Assembly (NCBI GenBank): GCA_963741955.1
Contig: CAVUKB010000006.1
Span: 384,001 to 448,000, forward strand
Source: an uncultured Acidobacteriota bacterium
Lineage (GTDB): Bacteria > Acidobacteriota > Thermoanaerobaculia > Gp7-AA8
Direction: 5' to 3'
DNA length: 64,000 bases
Below, in pieces: positions 44,904-55,348 of the stretch. How positions within the stretch are numbered: position 1 is the first letter of the stretch; every line of letters begins with the position of its first letter. The position numbers and the translations under genes are program-made. The notes under the pieces are model-generated. The model did not search any database and had not been told where the DNA came from. It saw only the letters and a program-made list of their open reading frames with translations.

Positions 44904-46760
44904 ATGATCCACTCCATCGTCCACCAGGGATTCGTGAGCGAAAGCGTCGAGTACTTCGCCACCGTCACCGGCCCCGATCTCGACCGGAAATTCTTTTTCG
45001 AGCAGATCGACGACAGCCGCGGCCGGATGGTCCGCTATTTCGGTGGCGGCTCGGAGATCACCCTCGACACGGAAGGGGTGAGCTTCCGCGGCAACGGGGG
45101 AACCGTCGGTGAGTACATGTTCGGTGGCCATTTCCCGGTTCAGGATCTCCTGAACGACGAAGTGGTGAACCGGCTGGTGCTCTTCGGCGGCATCTACGAC
45201 CCGCAAACGCGCGAGCTTCGTTTCACTCCTCACACGCTCGGATACGAAAGCTACGACGATCTCTTCTTCCTCGGCAACGCGGTCGCGAACTACTTTTTCT
45301 TCGTCGACGATCGGAATCTGACCCGTTCGGTGACCGAGCGCCAGGAGAGGACACTTCGGCTGGTAGGGAAGCTCCTCAAGCGGACCCGCCGGGTCGGCGG
45401 AGGAAACTTCCTCGATCTTTCGAGCGAGATCCTGGACGTGCTCAACGAGCCGAGCTCCACGGTCTTCCTCGTCCGGTTGATCCACAAACACCACCAGCGG
45501 TTCTACGAAGCGTGCCGGCGCGCGTATGCCGAGCATCAGTCGTTCAGCGATTTCACGCGTGCGGTGGAGGAGCTGGTGCCCGACGTTCCGATCGAGCCGT
45601 ACCAGCGCGAACGGATCCAGATCGACGTCATCTATCACCACCCGAACAACCAGAATCTGATCGACGAGTACAAGCGGGTGCTCGCCTCGTGCGCGGGATC
45701 GAAGATCGGGCCTTCGGAGCGCGCGCGCCTGATGCGGCTTCGCACCCTCTCGCTCCGCAATGACGTCCCCCTCTCCATCTTCGACACGCTCGAGGACATC
45801 CTCCTGCAGGAAGTCGAGCGGACTCCGGACGTGCAGCAACGGGAACCGGAGCACATCCGCTCCACCCGCGAGATTCTGGAGGGTTTCTTTCTCGGAAAGA
45901 ACATCGCCAAGAAGCTCTCCGCCAGCGATCTCGTGCAGCTGATGGAGAGCAAGCAGAAGGCGGCTGCGAACCGGGATCAGGATTTCGAAGAGATCCTCCT
46001 GGAGACGGGGCGGCAGATCGACGAACGCGCGCGCGAAGACGAAGACTACGAACGGATGGAATCGTTCGGTGAGCTGATCACGCTTTTCGACCGCTTCGAC
46101 CACACCACGACGCTGATCAACAAGCTCGCCTTCATGGACGACGTCGAGCTCACCGACGAGCAGGTCCGCTCGATCCTCGGCAACATGCACGTGTTCGAAG
46201 ACCTGCGCCGCGGACTGTTCCAGTCACTCTTCATCGATCCGGTGGTGAGCAACGAGTACACCCTCTCGTACGGCAGACGCAAGCTCTTCGCCCTGATCCT
46301 CGGGTTGATCGAGATCGAGAACAACGAAGCGACGCTCTCGGACATTGCGAACGAGGTGCGGAAGATCAACCGGCAGGAGAGAGCGTACTTCTCGCTGTAC
46401 CAGCTCTCGCGCCGGCGCATGGCGACGTTCTACCTCGAGCTGAACACCTCGGAAGGACGGGATACGTTTCGGAAAGAGATCCACGACGAGATCGACCGAG
46501 ACCCCGAACTGCGCGAGCTCTCCGATATGATCGACGACGAGCTCCTCGACGACGTGATCACCAAGATCCGTCTCGAAGCCTTCTACATCAACCAGCTCTT
46601 GCCGAGGATCATCGTCGAGCACGATCCGCGGCTGCGCAGCGACTTCCTCATGAACTCCGGCCTCGATCGGTTCCAGGTCGAGGAGCTCGAGAGCGAGTAC
46701 TTCGAGATGCGCGACTTCCCGCCACAGCTGCTGATCTCGATCCGCCAGAGAACGGCCTGA
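44904..46760 (+). CDS. Conserved hypothetical protein resembling the TIGR04442 family
   Basis: GNGGTVGEYMFG, DLLNDEVVNRLVLFG, FFLGNAVANYFFF, YQRERIQIDVIY, DFLMNSGLDRFQVEELE match my recollection of Geobacter-type TIGR04442 proteins; unverified by search. Confidence 0.7.
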   Translation: MIHSIVHQGFVSESVEYFATVTGPDLDRKFFFEQIDDSRGRMVRYFGGGSEITLDTEGVSFRGNGGTVGEYMFGGHFPVQDLLNDEVVNRLVLFGGIYDPQTRELRFTPHTLGYESYDDLFFLGNAVANYFFFVDDRNLTRSVTERQERTLRLVGKLLKRTRRVGGGNFLDLSSEILDVLNEPSSTVFLVRLIHKHHQRFYEACRRAYAEHQSFSDFTRAVEELVPDVPIEPYQRERIQIDVIYHHPNNQNLIDEYKRVLASCAGSKIGPSERARLMRLRTLSLRNDVPLSIFDTLEDILLQEVERTPDVQQREPEHIRSTREILEGFFLGKNIAKKLSASDLVQLMESKQKAAANRDQDFEEILLETGRQIDERAREDEDYERMESFGELITLFDRFDHTTTLINKLAFMDDVELTDEQVRSILGNMHVFEDLRRGLFQSLFIDPVVSNEYTLSYGRRKLFALILGLIEIENNEATLSDIANEVRKINRQERAYFSLYQLSRRRMATFYLELNTSEGRDTFRKEIHDEIDRDPELRELSDMIDDELLDDVITKIRLEAFYINQLLPRIIVEHDPRLRSDFLMNSGLDRFQVEELESEYFEMRDFPPQLLISIRQRTA

Positions 46761-46941
46761 AAATGCCCTCAGTACCAGCCGACGGCAATGAAGCACATTG
46801 GTCCTGAATTACGCCCGGGAGAGACACGGCTTTCGCCGTGCCGCCGCGGCAGAAGCCGCCGCGCGCCAGGGAGAAACGACAAGAGCGGGTTGCAGACTCG
46901 ACTCGGCGAATCCGGCCTCGTCCGGTGTGGACCCCCAGGGG

Positions 46942-48876
46942 TCAGATCTCCACTTCCATTCCCAGCTCGATCACCCGGTTCGCCGGAAGCCGGAAGTAGT
47001 CGTTCGGCCGCGCTGCGTTGCGTGACATCATCAGGAAGAGTCCCTTCCAGAAACGCGAGATACCGCTTCGTCCCGGAATCACGATACTGCTGCGATTGAG
47101 CACGTACGTGAGATCCGGAACATCGAGGGACAGGCCGTGGCGGCTCGCCAGCGTCAGATCGCGCGGCACGTCCGGGTCCTCCATGAACCCATAGTGCATG
47201 AACACCCGATAGAACTCTTTTCCGAGAGGCTCGACGTCGAGCCGCTCCCTCGTCGCGATGTGAGGCACGTCCTCCGACTTGATGGTGAGCACTACGTTCC
47301 GGGCATGAAGGCAGCGGTTGTGCTTCAGATTGTGGAGAAGCGCCACCGGAACCGACTCCGGATCCGCGGTGAAGAAGATCGCCGTCCCCGGGACGCGCGT
47401 CACACTCCCGCGCTCCAGACTCTGGATGAAGTCCTTCAAGGGCAGCATCCGTTTGCCGAGTCTTTCCGCGACCACCTTCCGTCCCTTCTCCCAGGTCGCC
47501 ATGAGCGCGAACATCGCCGCGCCGATCAGGATCGGGAACCATCCTCCCTGTGCGACCTTCACCGCATTGGCGACGAAGAACGAGAGATCCACCACCAGGA
47601 AGACGGCGGTGACGAAGATCGACAGAGCCAGCGGCCAATGCCAGACCCTGCGGGTCACCACGAACGCGAGGAGGGTGGTGATGACCATCGTGGTGGTGAC
47701 GGCAATCCCGTATGCCGCGGCGAGATTCGTCGAACTGCGGAACATGATCACCAGGACGATCGTGGCTCCCATCAGAATCCAGTTCGCCGCCGGAAGGTAG
47801 ATCTGCCCGATCTCGCTCGCCGAGGTGTGCACGATCTCCAGCCGCGGCAGGAATCCGAGTTGAATGGCCTGCCGTGTCAGAGAGAAGACTCCGGAGATCA
47901 CCGCCTGGGAGGCGATGACCGTCGCTGCGGTCGCGAGCACCACCAGAGGGTAGAGCGCCCATTCAGGGGCCAGACGGTAGAACGGATTGTGCGCCGCAGC
48001 CGGATGCGCGATCAGAAGCGCACCCTGACCGAAATAGTTGAGCAGGAGCGACGGAAGCACGATGCCGAACCAGTCGATCTGGATCGGCGTCTCCCCGAAG
48101 TGACCGAGGTCAGCGTAAAGAGCCTCGCCTCCGGTCGCAACGAGAAATACTGCGCCGAGAACGAGGAATCCGGCGAACCCGTTTCGTCCGAAGAAGTGAA
48201 TGGCATGCGCCGGGTTGATCGCGGCGAGAACGTGCGGATTTCCGATGATTCCTTTCACGCCGAGAATCGAGAGCACGAGGAACCAGACGATCATCACCGG
48301 CCCGAAAACTTTTCCGACCCCCGCAGTGCCGCGCTTCTGGAAGAAGAAGAGGCCGATCAGGATTCCGATCGTCAGCGGGACCACCAGCGGGTTGAAGACC
48401 TTCGTCGCGACCTCGAGTCCTTCCAGCGCTCCGAGCACGGAGATCGCCGGTGTGATCATCCCGTCGCCGTAGAGCAGCGCAGCGCCGAACAGGCCGAGTC
48501 CGACCAGAAGCCACGTCTTGCCGCGTGCGCTCAGGTGAGATCGTGCGAGCGCCATCAGGGCGAGAATCCCACCCTCCCCTTCGTTGTCGGCGTGCAGCAC
48601 GTAGACGTGGTACTTGATCGTGACGATGATGATCAGGGACCAGAGAATCAGCGAGAGAACGCCGAGAACGTTGGGGGTCGTCACCGGAACCCCGTGAGGT
48701 CCGAAGAAGCATTCGCGGATCGCATAGAGCGGACTGGTTCCGATGTCGCCGTAGACGACCCCGACGGCGACGAGACTCAGAGCTCCGAGAGAGGTCTTCC
48801 GAATCACCGGGATGGGCGATTCGGTTTGACCTCCGGAATCGGGAGGCGGCTCGGGCTGTAGACCGACTGATCTCAT
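46942..48876 (-). CDS. kup: KUP/HAK/KT potassium transporter
   Basis: GVVYGDIGTSPLY, ADNEGEGG, GDGMITPAISVL, EALYADLGHFG, GQIY, YGFME. Confidence 0.95.
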   Translation of the reverse strand: MRSVGLQPEPPPDSGGQTESPIPVIRKTSLGALSLVAVGVVYGDIGTSPLYAIRECFFGPHGVPVTTPNVLGVLSLILWSLIIIVTIKYHVYVLHADNEGEGGILALMALARSHLSARGKTWLLVGLGLFGAALLYGDGMITPAISVLGALEGLEVATKVFNPLVVPLTIGILIGLFFFQKRGTAGVGKVFGPVMIVWFLVLSILGVKGIIGNPHVLAAINPAHAIHFFGRNGFAGFLVLGAVFLVATGGEALYADLGHFGETPIQIDWFGIVLPSLLLNYFGQGALLIAHPAAAHNPFYRLAPEWALYPLVVLATAATVIASQAVISGVFSLTRQAIQLGFLPRLEIVHTSASEIGQIYLPAANWILMGATIVLVIMFRSSTNLAAAYGIAVTTTMVITTLLAFVVTRRVWHWPLALSIFVTAVFLVVDLSFFVANAVKVAQGGWFPILIGAAMFALMATWEKGRKVVAERLGKRMLPLKDFIQSLERGSVTRVPGTAIFFTADPESVPVALLHNLKHNRCLHARNVVLTIKSEDVPHIATRERLDVEPLGKEFYRVFMHYGFMEDPDVPRDLTLASRHGLSLDVPDLTYVLNRSSIVIPGRSGISRFWKGLFLMMSRNAARPNDYFRLPANRVIELGMEVEI

Positions 48877-48882
48877 ACTTGA

Positions 48883-48945
48883 AATGTAACGAGGCGGACG
48901 AGGCGAGAGTGACCGGCTTCATGGTTTCTTTAGGAATCCTTTCGA
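48883..48945 (-). promoter_or_regulatory. kup promoter: -10 box plus candidate KdpE direct repeats
   Basis: Minus strand: GAAAGGATTCC-TAAAGAAACCA-TGAAG repeats, then TACATT 6 nt before the ATG. Confidence 0.5.
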
Positions 48946-49005
48946 AGTCGCTCGGTTCGCGCTAATCTCGTCTTCAGAAGACGAGCTTCGGCAGAGGAGT
49001 GCCGA

Positions 49006-49167
49006 GGAGTCTGCGAGGTGGAAACGTCCGTAGCGAGAAAGCGGAGCAGCGAGGCCAAATTCGTTCGGATTTGAGGTGCGTAGCGGTGGCTACTCGCCGA
49101 AAATCCGGACGGATTTTGGACCGCTGATCCGTTTTCGCAGTAGGACAGTTTCTACCGCGCAGACTCC
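49006..49167. mobile_element. 162-bp rod-like palindromic element (MITE-like)
   Basis: ggagtctgcg...cgcagactcc ends with imperfect pairing throughout and central gtagc-ggtg-gctac; a fragment recurs at 41626. Confidence 0.6.
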
Positions 49168-49221
49168 GAGCTCCCGGCGAGATCAGTGGTGAAGATCCGA
49201 TCCAACGGAAAGGCCGGCGGA

Positions 49222-50673
49222 ATGGCGGTCAAGCTGCTCGCGTCGCTGGCGGCGGTCGCCGGAGTGACGTTCGCCGGGACTGCATTCAAGCTGAACCCGA
49301 CTGCACTCGGGTTGATTTATCTGGTGACCGTGCTCGCCCTCTCGGCGTGGAGCGGTCTTCTTTCCGGAATCGCGGCGGCTCTGATCGCGGCGGCATGCTT
49401 CAACTACTTCTTTCTCCCCCCGGTCGGGACGTGGACGATCGAGGAGCCTTCCAACTGGGTCGCTCTCGCTTCGTTCCTTCTCGCATCCTTCATCGCGAGC
49501 CAGCTCGCGGATCGGCTGCGGCGTCAACTCGAGACGGCGGAACGCCGCCGCACCGAGCTCGAACAGCTCTACCGGCTCAGCATCGATCTGTTCCGGTCGT
49601 TCCCCGCATCGGGGAGCCTCGATCCGGCACTCGCCTCGGTACTGGAGAGTACCGGAGGGTCGGGTGGCGCCATCTTCCTCTTCGAAGGGAGCACCTACCG
49701 CCAGTCGGTGGCTGCCCGCTCCGGACCGCTCGACGACGACGTGGAAGACGTCGTCGCCGGTGTGGGACGCCACCGCCGTCCCTTCGAGTATCCTTCGAAC
49801 CCGAACGGGCGAAGGGATGTCTTCCTCCCGTTGCTGATCGGCAGTCGCGCCGTCGGCGTGCTGCTGGTCCGCAATTCAGCAGCCGCGAAAGGCGCTCTCG
49901 ACTCTGCTGCGTCGCTGCTCGCCGTCGCAGTCGAGCGGGTCCGCTTCGTCGCCGAGAATGCGCACGTGGAGGCACTCCGCCAGAGCGACGAGCTCAAGAC
50001 GGCCCTCCTGCGAGCCGTCTCTCACGATCTCGCGACTCCACTCACGTCGCTCTCGGTCCGTTTCGGAACGCTCCGTCGCGAGCTGGCGGGGCAGCTTCAG
50101 CCACTCGAAACTCTCACCAGCATCGAGCTCGAAGTCGGAACTCTGCGGCGGCGGATCGAAAATCTCCTCACCATGGCCCGGCTCGAAGCAGGCACCTGGG
50201 CGCCTCGCGCCGAACCGACCCCGGCCGCCGATCTCTTCCGAAGCGTGCGCGAGCACCTCACGTTCGTGGAGAGTGCCCGGCCTCTCGTCGTTCACGTCGA
50301 TCCCTCCTGTCCCGACATCGACGTCGATCCGTCGCTCGCGGTCGAAATTCTGGTGAACCTCGTCGAGAACGCACACCGTTTCTCCCCTGCTGGAACAGCG
50401 GTCGAGCTCGACGCTGGACCCGGCGGACCGGATGCAAAGTTCGTCGAACTGCGGGTCCTCGATCGGGGACCCGGGGTCCACACTGCGCCAGGCTCGACTC
50501 GGAGAGGATCCGACGCGGATGCGGGGCACGGCCTGGGACTCGAGATCGCGACGGCGCTCGTTCTGGCGAGCGGCGGGTCGCTCTCTCTCGAGGACCGCGA
50601 AGGGGGAGGAACCGTGGCGTGTGTCTCGCTCCCCGCCGCATCGTTCGAGCTCGTGGAAAGAGAGGACGAGTGA
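49222..50673 (+). CDS. kdpD: KdpD-like sensor kinase lacking the N-terminal KdpD/Usp domains
   Basis: Begins at the 4-TM DUF4118 region (FNYFFLPPVGTWTI), then GAF-like region, ALLRAVSHDLATPL, NLVENA, GLGL. Confidence 0.8.
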   Translation: MAVKLLASLAAVAGVTFAGTAFKLNPTALGLIYLVTVLALSAWSGLLSGIAAALIAAACFNYFFLPPVGTWTIEEPSNWVALASFLLASFIASQLADRLRRQLETAERRRTELEQLYRLSIDLFRSFPASGSLDPALASVLESTGGSGGAIFLFEGSTYRQSVAARSGPLDDDVEDVVAGVGRHRRPFEYPSNPNGRRDVFLPLLIGSRAVGVLLVRNSAAAKGALDSAASLLAVAVERVRFVAENAHVEALRQSDELKTALLRAVSHDLATPLTSLSVRFGTLRRELAGQLQPLETLTSIELEVGTLRRRIENLLTMARLEAGTWAPRAEPTPAADLFRSVREHLTFVESARPLVVHVDPSCPDIDVDPSLAVEILVNLVENAHRFSPAGTAVELDAGPGGPDAKFVELRVLDRGPGVHTAPGSTRRGSDADAGHGLGLEIATALVLASGGSLSLEDREGGGTVACVSLPAASFELVEREDE

Positions 50674-51368
50674 GCCCCAGATCACAATTGATCCTGATCG
50701 TCGACGATGATCCCGCCATTCGCTCCTCCCTCTCGGTCGAGTTGAGCGCCTCGGGATACGAGACTCTGACCGCGAACGACGGCCGGGCAGGAATCCGCCT
50801 CGCGCAGGAATCGAACCCCGACCTGATCCTGACCGACATCGCGATGCCCAACGCCGATGGGTTCCGTCTGATCGAGTCGCTCCGCAGGAGTGGAACCCGG
50901 ACGCCGATCATCGTTCTCTCGGTCCGGGGCGGAGAGTCGGATAAGATCCGCGCCCTCGACCTCGGTGCGGACGACTTCGTCGTGAAGCCCTTCTCCGTCG
51001 CCGAGCTTCAGGCTCGAGTTCGAGCGCAGCTCAGGCGCATCTCCGAGGCGAATCCTCGACTGTTGAGTTTTCCGGATCTCACCATCGATCTCGACCGGCG
51101 GCGCGTCACGCAGGGAAAAAGAGAGATCCGGCTCACACCGACCGAGCTCGCGCTGCTCGAGCTCCTCGCCACGAACGCGGGGAAGCCGGTTCTTCTCGAG
51201 ACCATCGTCGCCTCCGTCTGGAAGGGCGCTCCCGGAACCACGGCAGATACGGTTCGCGTCCACGTTGCCTCTCTGCGGAAGAAAATCGAGCCCGATCCTT
51301 CAGAGCCGCATTACATCATCACCGAACCGTGGGTGGGATACAGGTTCATCGAAGAGCCGCTCGATTAG
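50670..51368 (+). CDS. kdpE: KdpE-like OmpR family response regulator
   Basis: GTG 50670 overlaps the kdpD stop; ALDLGADDFVVKPF, LTPTE, LRKKIEPDPSEPHYIITEPWVGYRF. Confidence 0.88.
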   Translation: MSPRSQLILIVDDDPAIRSSLSVELSASGYETLTANDGRAGIRLAQESNPDLILTDIAMPNADGFRLIESLRRSGTRTPIIVLSVRGGESDKIRALDLGADDFVVKPFSVAELQARVRAQLRRISEANPRLLSFPDLTIDLDRRRVTQGKREIRLTPTELALLELLATNAGKPVLLETIVASVWKGAPGTTADTVRVHVASLRKKIEPDPSEPHYIITEPWVGYRFIEEPLD

Positions 51369-51381
51369 TCGAGCGCCAGGG

Positions 51382-51556
51382 CCGCATTTCTCACACCGTC
51401 TCGTCGCGAGGAGGCGGAGAGTAGCCTGGATGCAAGGCGCGCGCAGCTTCGGCGACGAAGGCATAGTGGTGACTATGTTGAGGAGCCGAAGCTGTGCGCA
51501 ACGTAGCAGACAGGCCGCTATCCGTCTCCGCAGCAGAGACGATGTGAGAAATGCGG
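51382..51556. mobile_element. 175-bp rod-like palindromic element (MITE-like)
   Basis: ccgcatttctcaca...tgtgagaaatgcgg 14-bp perfect ends, internal pairing, central catagt-ggtg-actatg. Confidence 0.65.
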
Positions 51557-51696
51557 GCCGGGCCTTCCCGCCGTACCTGGTTCCGGACGAGCACGGATGA
51601 TTCGCGGGATCTCGTCGCGAGGAGTGCGAGGCGGGGTCCGTCCGACCGGTTCTCTCCGGCACATTCTGTGCGAGCATGGACGGGAGGGGGCGCGAG

Positions 51697-53733
51697 ATGA
51701 CCGAGCAGCGACACACGAACCGTCTGGTTCACGAGACCTCTCCCTATCTACTCCAGCATGCGCACAACCCGGTCGACTGGTATCCGTGGGGAGACGAAGC
51801 ATTCGCGAAGGCGCGTGCCGAGGATAAGCCGGTGTTTCTTTCGGTCGGATACTCGGCGTGTCACTGGTGTCACGTGATGGAGCGGGAGTCGTTCGAGAAC
51901 GAAGAGATCGCGGCCCTGCTCAACCGCGATTTCGTCTCCGTCAAGGTGGATCGCGAAGAACGCCCCGACATCGACTCGATCTACATGCAGGCGGTTCAGC
52001 TGATGACCGGACGAGGCGGTTGGCCGATGTCGATGTTTCTCACTCCCGAAGGCGCTCCCTTTTTCGGAGGGACCTATTTTCCTCCGGACGACGTGCGCGG
52101 GATGCCGGGGTTCCCGCGCGTCCTCACCCATGTCGCCGACGTCTTCCACAACCGCCGCGACGACGTGACGGAAGCCACTCGCGAGATGCAGCGTGCTCTG
52201 GACGGGATCATGGAGATCGCTCCGAGCGACCGCGCATCCTCCCGGGAGGAACTGACACGAGCCGCCGGTGCGATCTCCGCCGGATTCGATCCGCGAAACG
52301 GCGGATTCGGCGGCGCGCCGAAGTTCCCGTCACCGATGACGCTCGACTTCCTGATGCGCGTGGCGCACGACCGGGAAGATGAAACCACTCGGGAGATGGT
52401 CGCGACGACCCTCCGCAAAATGGCGATGGGCGGGATCTACGACCAGGTCGGAGGTGGCTTCCATCGCTATTCCGTAGACGCACAGTGGCTTGTCCCCCAC
52501 TTCGAGAAGATGCTGTACGACAACGCACTCCTCGCCCGCACGTATACCCGGTACTGGCAGTGGAAAAGGGATCCGTTCGCTGCACGCATCGCGAAAGAAG
52601 TACTCGGATTCGTCCAGCGCGAGATGACCTCACCCGCGGGAGGGTTCTACTCGACACTCGACGCCGATTCCGAAGACGAAGAGGGGAGGTTCTACGTATG
52701 GGACCGCAGCGAGATCATGGAGGCGCTCGGCCAGGATGAGGGCCACGTCTTCTGCACTCTGTACGGAGTCACGGAGAGGGGCAATTTCGAAGGAAAGAAC
52801 ATTCTCCACCTGCCGCAGAAGCCGGAGGAAGTCGCGTCGCAACTCGGCCTCTCTCTCGAGTCGCTCATCGACATCGCCGCGCGCGGCAAGTGTCATCTCT
52901 ACGGTAAGCGGGCGGAGCGGATCCGCCCGGGGCGCGACGAGAAGGTGCTCGCGGGATGGAACGGGTGGATGCTGACGGCATTCGCCGAGGGTGCGCTGGC
53001 CTTCCATTCCGAATCGATGCTGGAAGTCGCGCGGAAGAACGCGGACTTTCTCATCGGTACGATGATGCGCGACGACCGGCTGCGGCGGAGCTGGAAGGAC
53101 GGCAGCGCCCGGATCGAGGGACTGCTGGAGGACCACGCCGGGGTGGCGTCCGGCCTCATCGCGACGTTCGAAGCCTCGCAGGAGCGCCAGTATCTCGACG
53201 CGGCGCGAAGCCTCGCATCGCAGATCGTGGCACACTTCCGCGATGACGCGAGCGGAGCGTTCTTCGACACCCCCGCGACCTACGAGAAACTGCTGACCCG
53301 ACCCCGCGATCCGTTCGACAACGCCACGCCGTCCGGCAACGCGATGGCCATCGACATCCTCTTTCGTCTCGCACGCTACTTCGGAGAGCCGGAGCTCGCA
53401 CGGATCGCCGAGCGGGCGGTGAGAGCGCTTCTTCCGACGGCACTCCGCTTTCCCTCCGGATTTGGATATCTCCTCGGCACGACCTGGGACTCGCTCGGAA
53501 AGACGATGGAGATCGCGATCACCGGACCGGCCGGCACCGCCGATTACGACCGGCTGATGAACGTGGCCGGCGAAGCGTGGCTGCCGAACCGGATACTCGC
53601 CACCAGCCGCGCCGGAGATCTCCCGATTCTGGAAGGAAAACCCGCCGGCGAGACGGCGGCATGGGTCTGTGAGGAGTACCGCTGTCTCGAACCGACCGGC
53701 GATCCGGAGAAGCTGAAGGAACTGCTCGGGTGA
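51697..53733 (+). CDS. Thioredoxin domain-containing protein (YyaL/SPATA20 family)
   Basis: [42 protein letters not shown]. Confidence 0.93.
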   Translation: MTEQRHTNRLVHETSPYLLQHAHNPVDWYPWGDEAFAKARAEDKPVFLSVGYSACHWCHVMERESFENEEIAALLNRDFVSVKVDREERPDIDSIYMQAVQLMTGRGGWPMSMFLTPEGAPFFGGTYFPPDDVRGMPGFPRVLTHVADVFHNRRDDVTEATREMQRALDGIMEIAPSDRASSREELTRAAGAISAGFDPRNGGFGGAPKFPSPMTLDFLMRVAHDREDETTREMVATTLRKMAMGGIYDQVGGGFHRYSVDAQWLVPHFEKMLYDNALLARTYTRYWQWKRDPFAARIAKEVLGFVQREMTSPAGGFYSTLDADSEDEEGRFYVWDRSEIMEALGQDEGHVFCTLYGVTERGNFEGKNILHLPQKPEEVASQLGLSLESLIDIAARGKCHLYGKRAERIRPGRDEKVLAGWNGWMLTAFAEGALAFHSESMLEVARKNADFLIGTMMRDDRLRRSWKDGSARIEGLLEDHAGVASGLIATFEASQERQYLDAARSLASQIVAHFRDDASGAFFDTPATYEKLLTRPRDPFDNATPSGNAMAIDILFRLARYFGEPELARIAERAVRALLPTALRFPSGFGYLLGTTWDSLGKTMEIAITGPAGTADYDRLMNVAGEAWLPNRILATSRAGDLPILEGKPAGETAAWVCEEYRCLEPTGDPEKLKELLG

Positions 53734-53805
53734 GCGCACGTCCTGCAGAGAGATCTCGATCGCAATCCCGAAGCCGCGAACGTTCAGCTCTCGCGCGGCT
53801 CGCGC

Positions 53806-54066
53806 TCCCCTCTCCCCGTCCGCACTCATCATTTTCGGCAGAGTCGTCATTCGGGGAGAGGGGCCAGGGGGTGAGGGGATTCTCATCGTGCATGCTGCGA
53901 CGGCTGAAGGTCGTGCGTTGCGTGGGCTGCAAGACGTCGATTACACGAGAGTCGGTGATCGATTTTCCGGGTCCCCCCTCACCTCGCCCTTTCCCCGAAC
54001 GCGGCTCTCGCCTGAAGTTCGTGAGTCCGGACGATCTGCGCGGCGGATTGAAAATCCGCACTCCGC
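53806..54066. repeat. Cluster of palindromic intergenic repeats
   Basis: tcccctctccccg...cggggagaggggccagggggtgagggg (53806-53878), inverse cccctcacctcgccctttcccc (about 53975-53996), and REP copy 54039-54066. Confidence 0.65.
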
Positions 54067-54116
54067 GAGGGCGCGCGGCGCTCGACTCTTCTCCCGGAGG
54101 CGAACCGAAGGGCTGA

Positions 54117-55265
54117 CTACCTGGCGACGAGAGCCGCAGCGCTCTCTCCCGGCACACTCTCGTTGCCGACTTTGTCCACGCTGGTCACTGAATAGACGTA
54201 GGTCGTTCCGGGAACGACCGACTCATCGCGGTAGAACGCCTGGTCGATCGGCGTCGGCGTGAGCAGCTCACGTTTCCCGTTCGCGGTCCGGTACACGTTG
54301 TACCCCCCGAAGTCGGGAGCATCGACCCGGTCCCACACCACCTGCACCGCGCGCTCTTCGGCGAGCACCGCAACGTTCGCCGGAGTCGGTGGAGCGACCA
54401 CGTCGCGGAATTCTGCGTAAACGGTGGGCGACGGATCGCTCTGGATCAGCGGTGGCCCTGCGGAGGCGACCGTGGTGACGGAATAACGGTACGCGCCGTA
54501 AGGAGGAGCGTCCTTCCACGTCGTCGTATCGATCGGACCGCTGTTCACCGGAGATCCGAGCTCGACGATCGGTCCTTCCGCCGGAAAGCGGTAGACGTCG
54601 TAGCCGACCGGAGGGGTCGCGCTCGCCGCTTCCGGCTGCTCCGGAGCTTTCCACTTCAGCATGATTCCGTCCGGTTCGGCGCTCGCTTCGAGGTTCCCCG
54701 GCGGCGGCGGCGGCGGAAGAGGCACGATAGTGGCCAGGTTCGACGGCTCGCTTCGGTTTCCATGCGCCTCCGTCACCACTGCGTACGTGAGGCGGACCGG
54801 AAGGCCGCCTTCGGCCTCGAATTGCGGGGCGTCTTCGTAGAGGAGGCTCGCGCCGCTCGAGTACTTCGGCAGGTCCTCCGCTTCGATCGCGTCGAGCCGG
54901 ATCTTCAGCTTTTCGAACTGCCGCGGCGGCATCTCCGGGAGGCGTTTGAACAGACGAATCGAAGTCGGCACGTCCTTCGCTGCAAGATCCGGTGACTCGA
55001 CTTCGGGGTTCGCTCCGGCGATCGATGCAGGAAGGACCTCGGTGGTTCGGTAGACGATCACCCGGTCGAACTTCGCGAGGTTCGTCCCCGCGGTGGTCAG
55101 AGAGGGATAGCTCCACGACAGGACCACTTTCGGCCCGCGCTGTGCTACAACGAGGTCGCTCGTCCCTTTGGGAATGATCGGCACCGGCGGGTGCGGAGGG
55201 CCCTGCTTCCCGCACGCGACGAGAAGCCCGGCGAGCAGCAGAATCGGGAGTCGAATCGTTCTCAT
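54117..55265 (-). CDS. Lipoprotein with fibronectin type III domains
   Basis: Lipobox LVAC followed by GKQGPP; FN3 patterns LKW...GYDVYR...YRYSV and VVW...GYNVYR...YVYSVTSVD..GNES. Confidence 0.85.
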   Translation of the reverse strand: MRTIRLPILLLAGLLVACGKQGPPHPPVPIIPKGTSDLVVAQRGPKVVLSWSYPSLTTAGTNLAKFDRVIVYRTTEVLPASIAGANPEVESPDLAAKDVPTSIRLFKRLPEMPPRQFEKLKIRLDAIEAEDLPKYSSGASLLYEDAPQFEAEGGLPVRLTYAVVTEAHGNRSEPSNLATIVPLPPPPPPGNLEASAEPDGIMLKWKAPEQPEAASATPPVGYDVYRFPAEGPIVELGSPVNSGPIDTTTWKDAPPYGAYRYSVTTVASAGPPLIQSDPSPTVYAEFRDVVAPPTPANVAVLAEERAVQVVWDRVDAPDFGGYNVYRTANGKRELLTPTPIDQAFYRDESVVPGTTYVYSVTSVDKVGNESVPGESAAALVAR

Positions 55266-55348
55266 TCTCCGGTCCAGGCGCAAATCCGGTGCATTCTAAC
55301 GCGGATCTTGCATTGGAAAGGAGGAGAGATGAGCTCGAAAGGAACCTT

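Noticed and set aside
49347-50669. 673-aa fused response regulator ORF
   Set aside because: The upstream part is an alternate frame of kdpD; kdpE starts at GTG 50670.
55266-55348. glmS ribozyme
   Set aside because: Only 83 bp separate the divergent genes and the ribozyme core is not evident.
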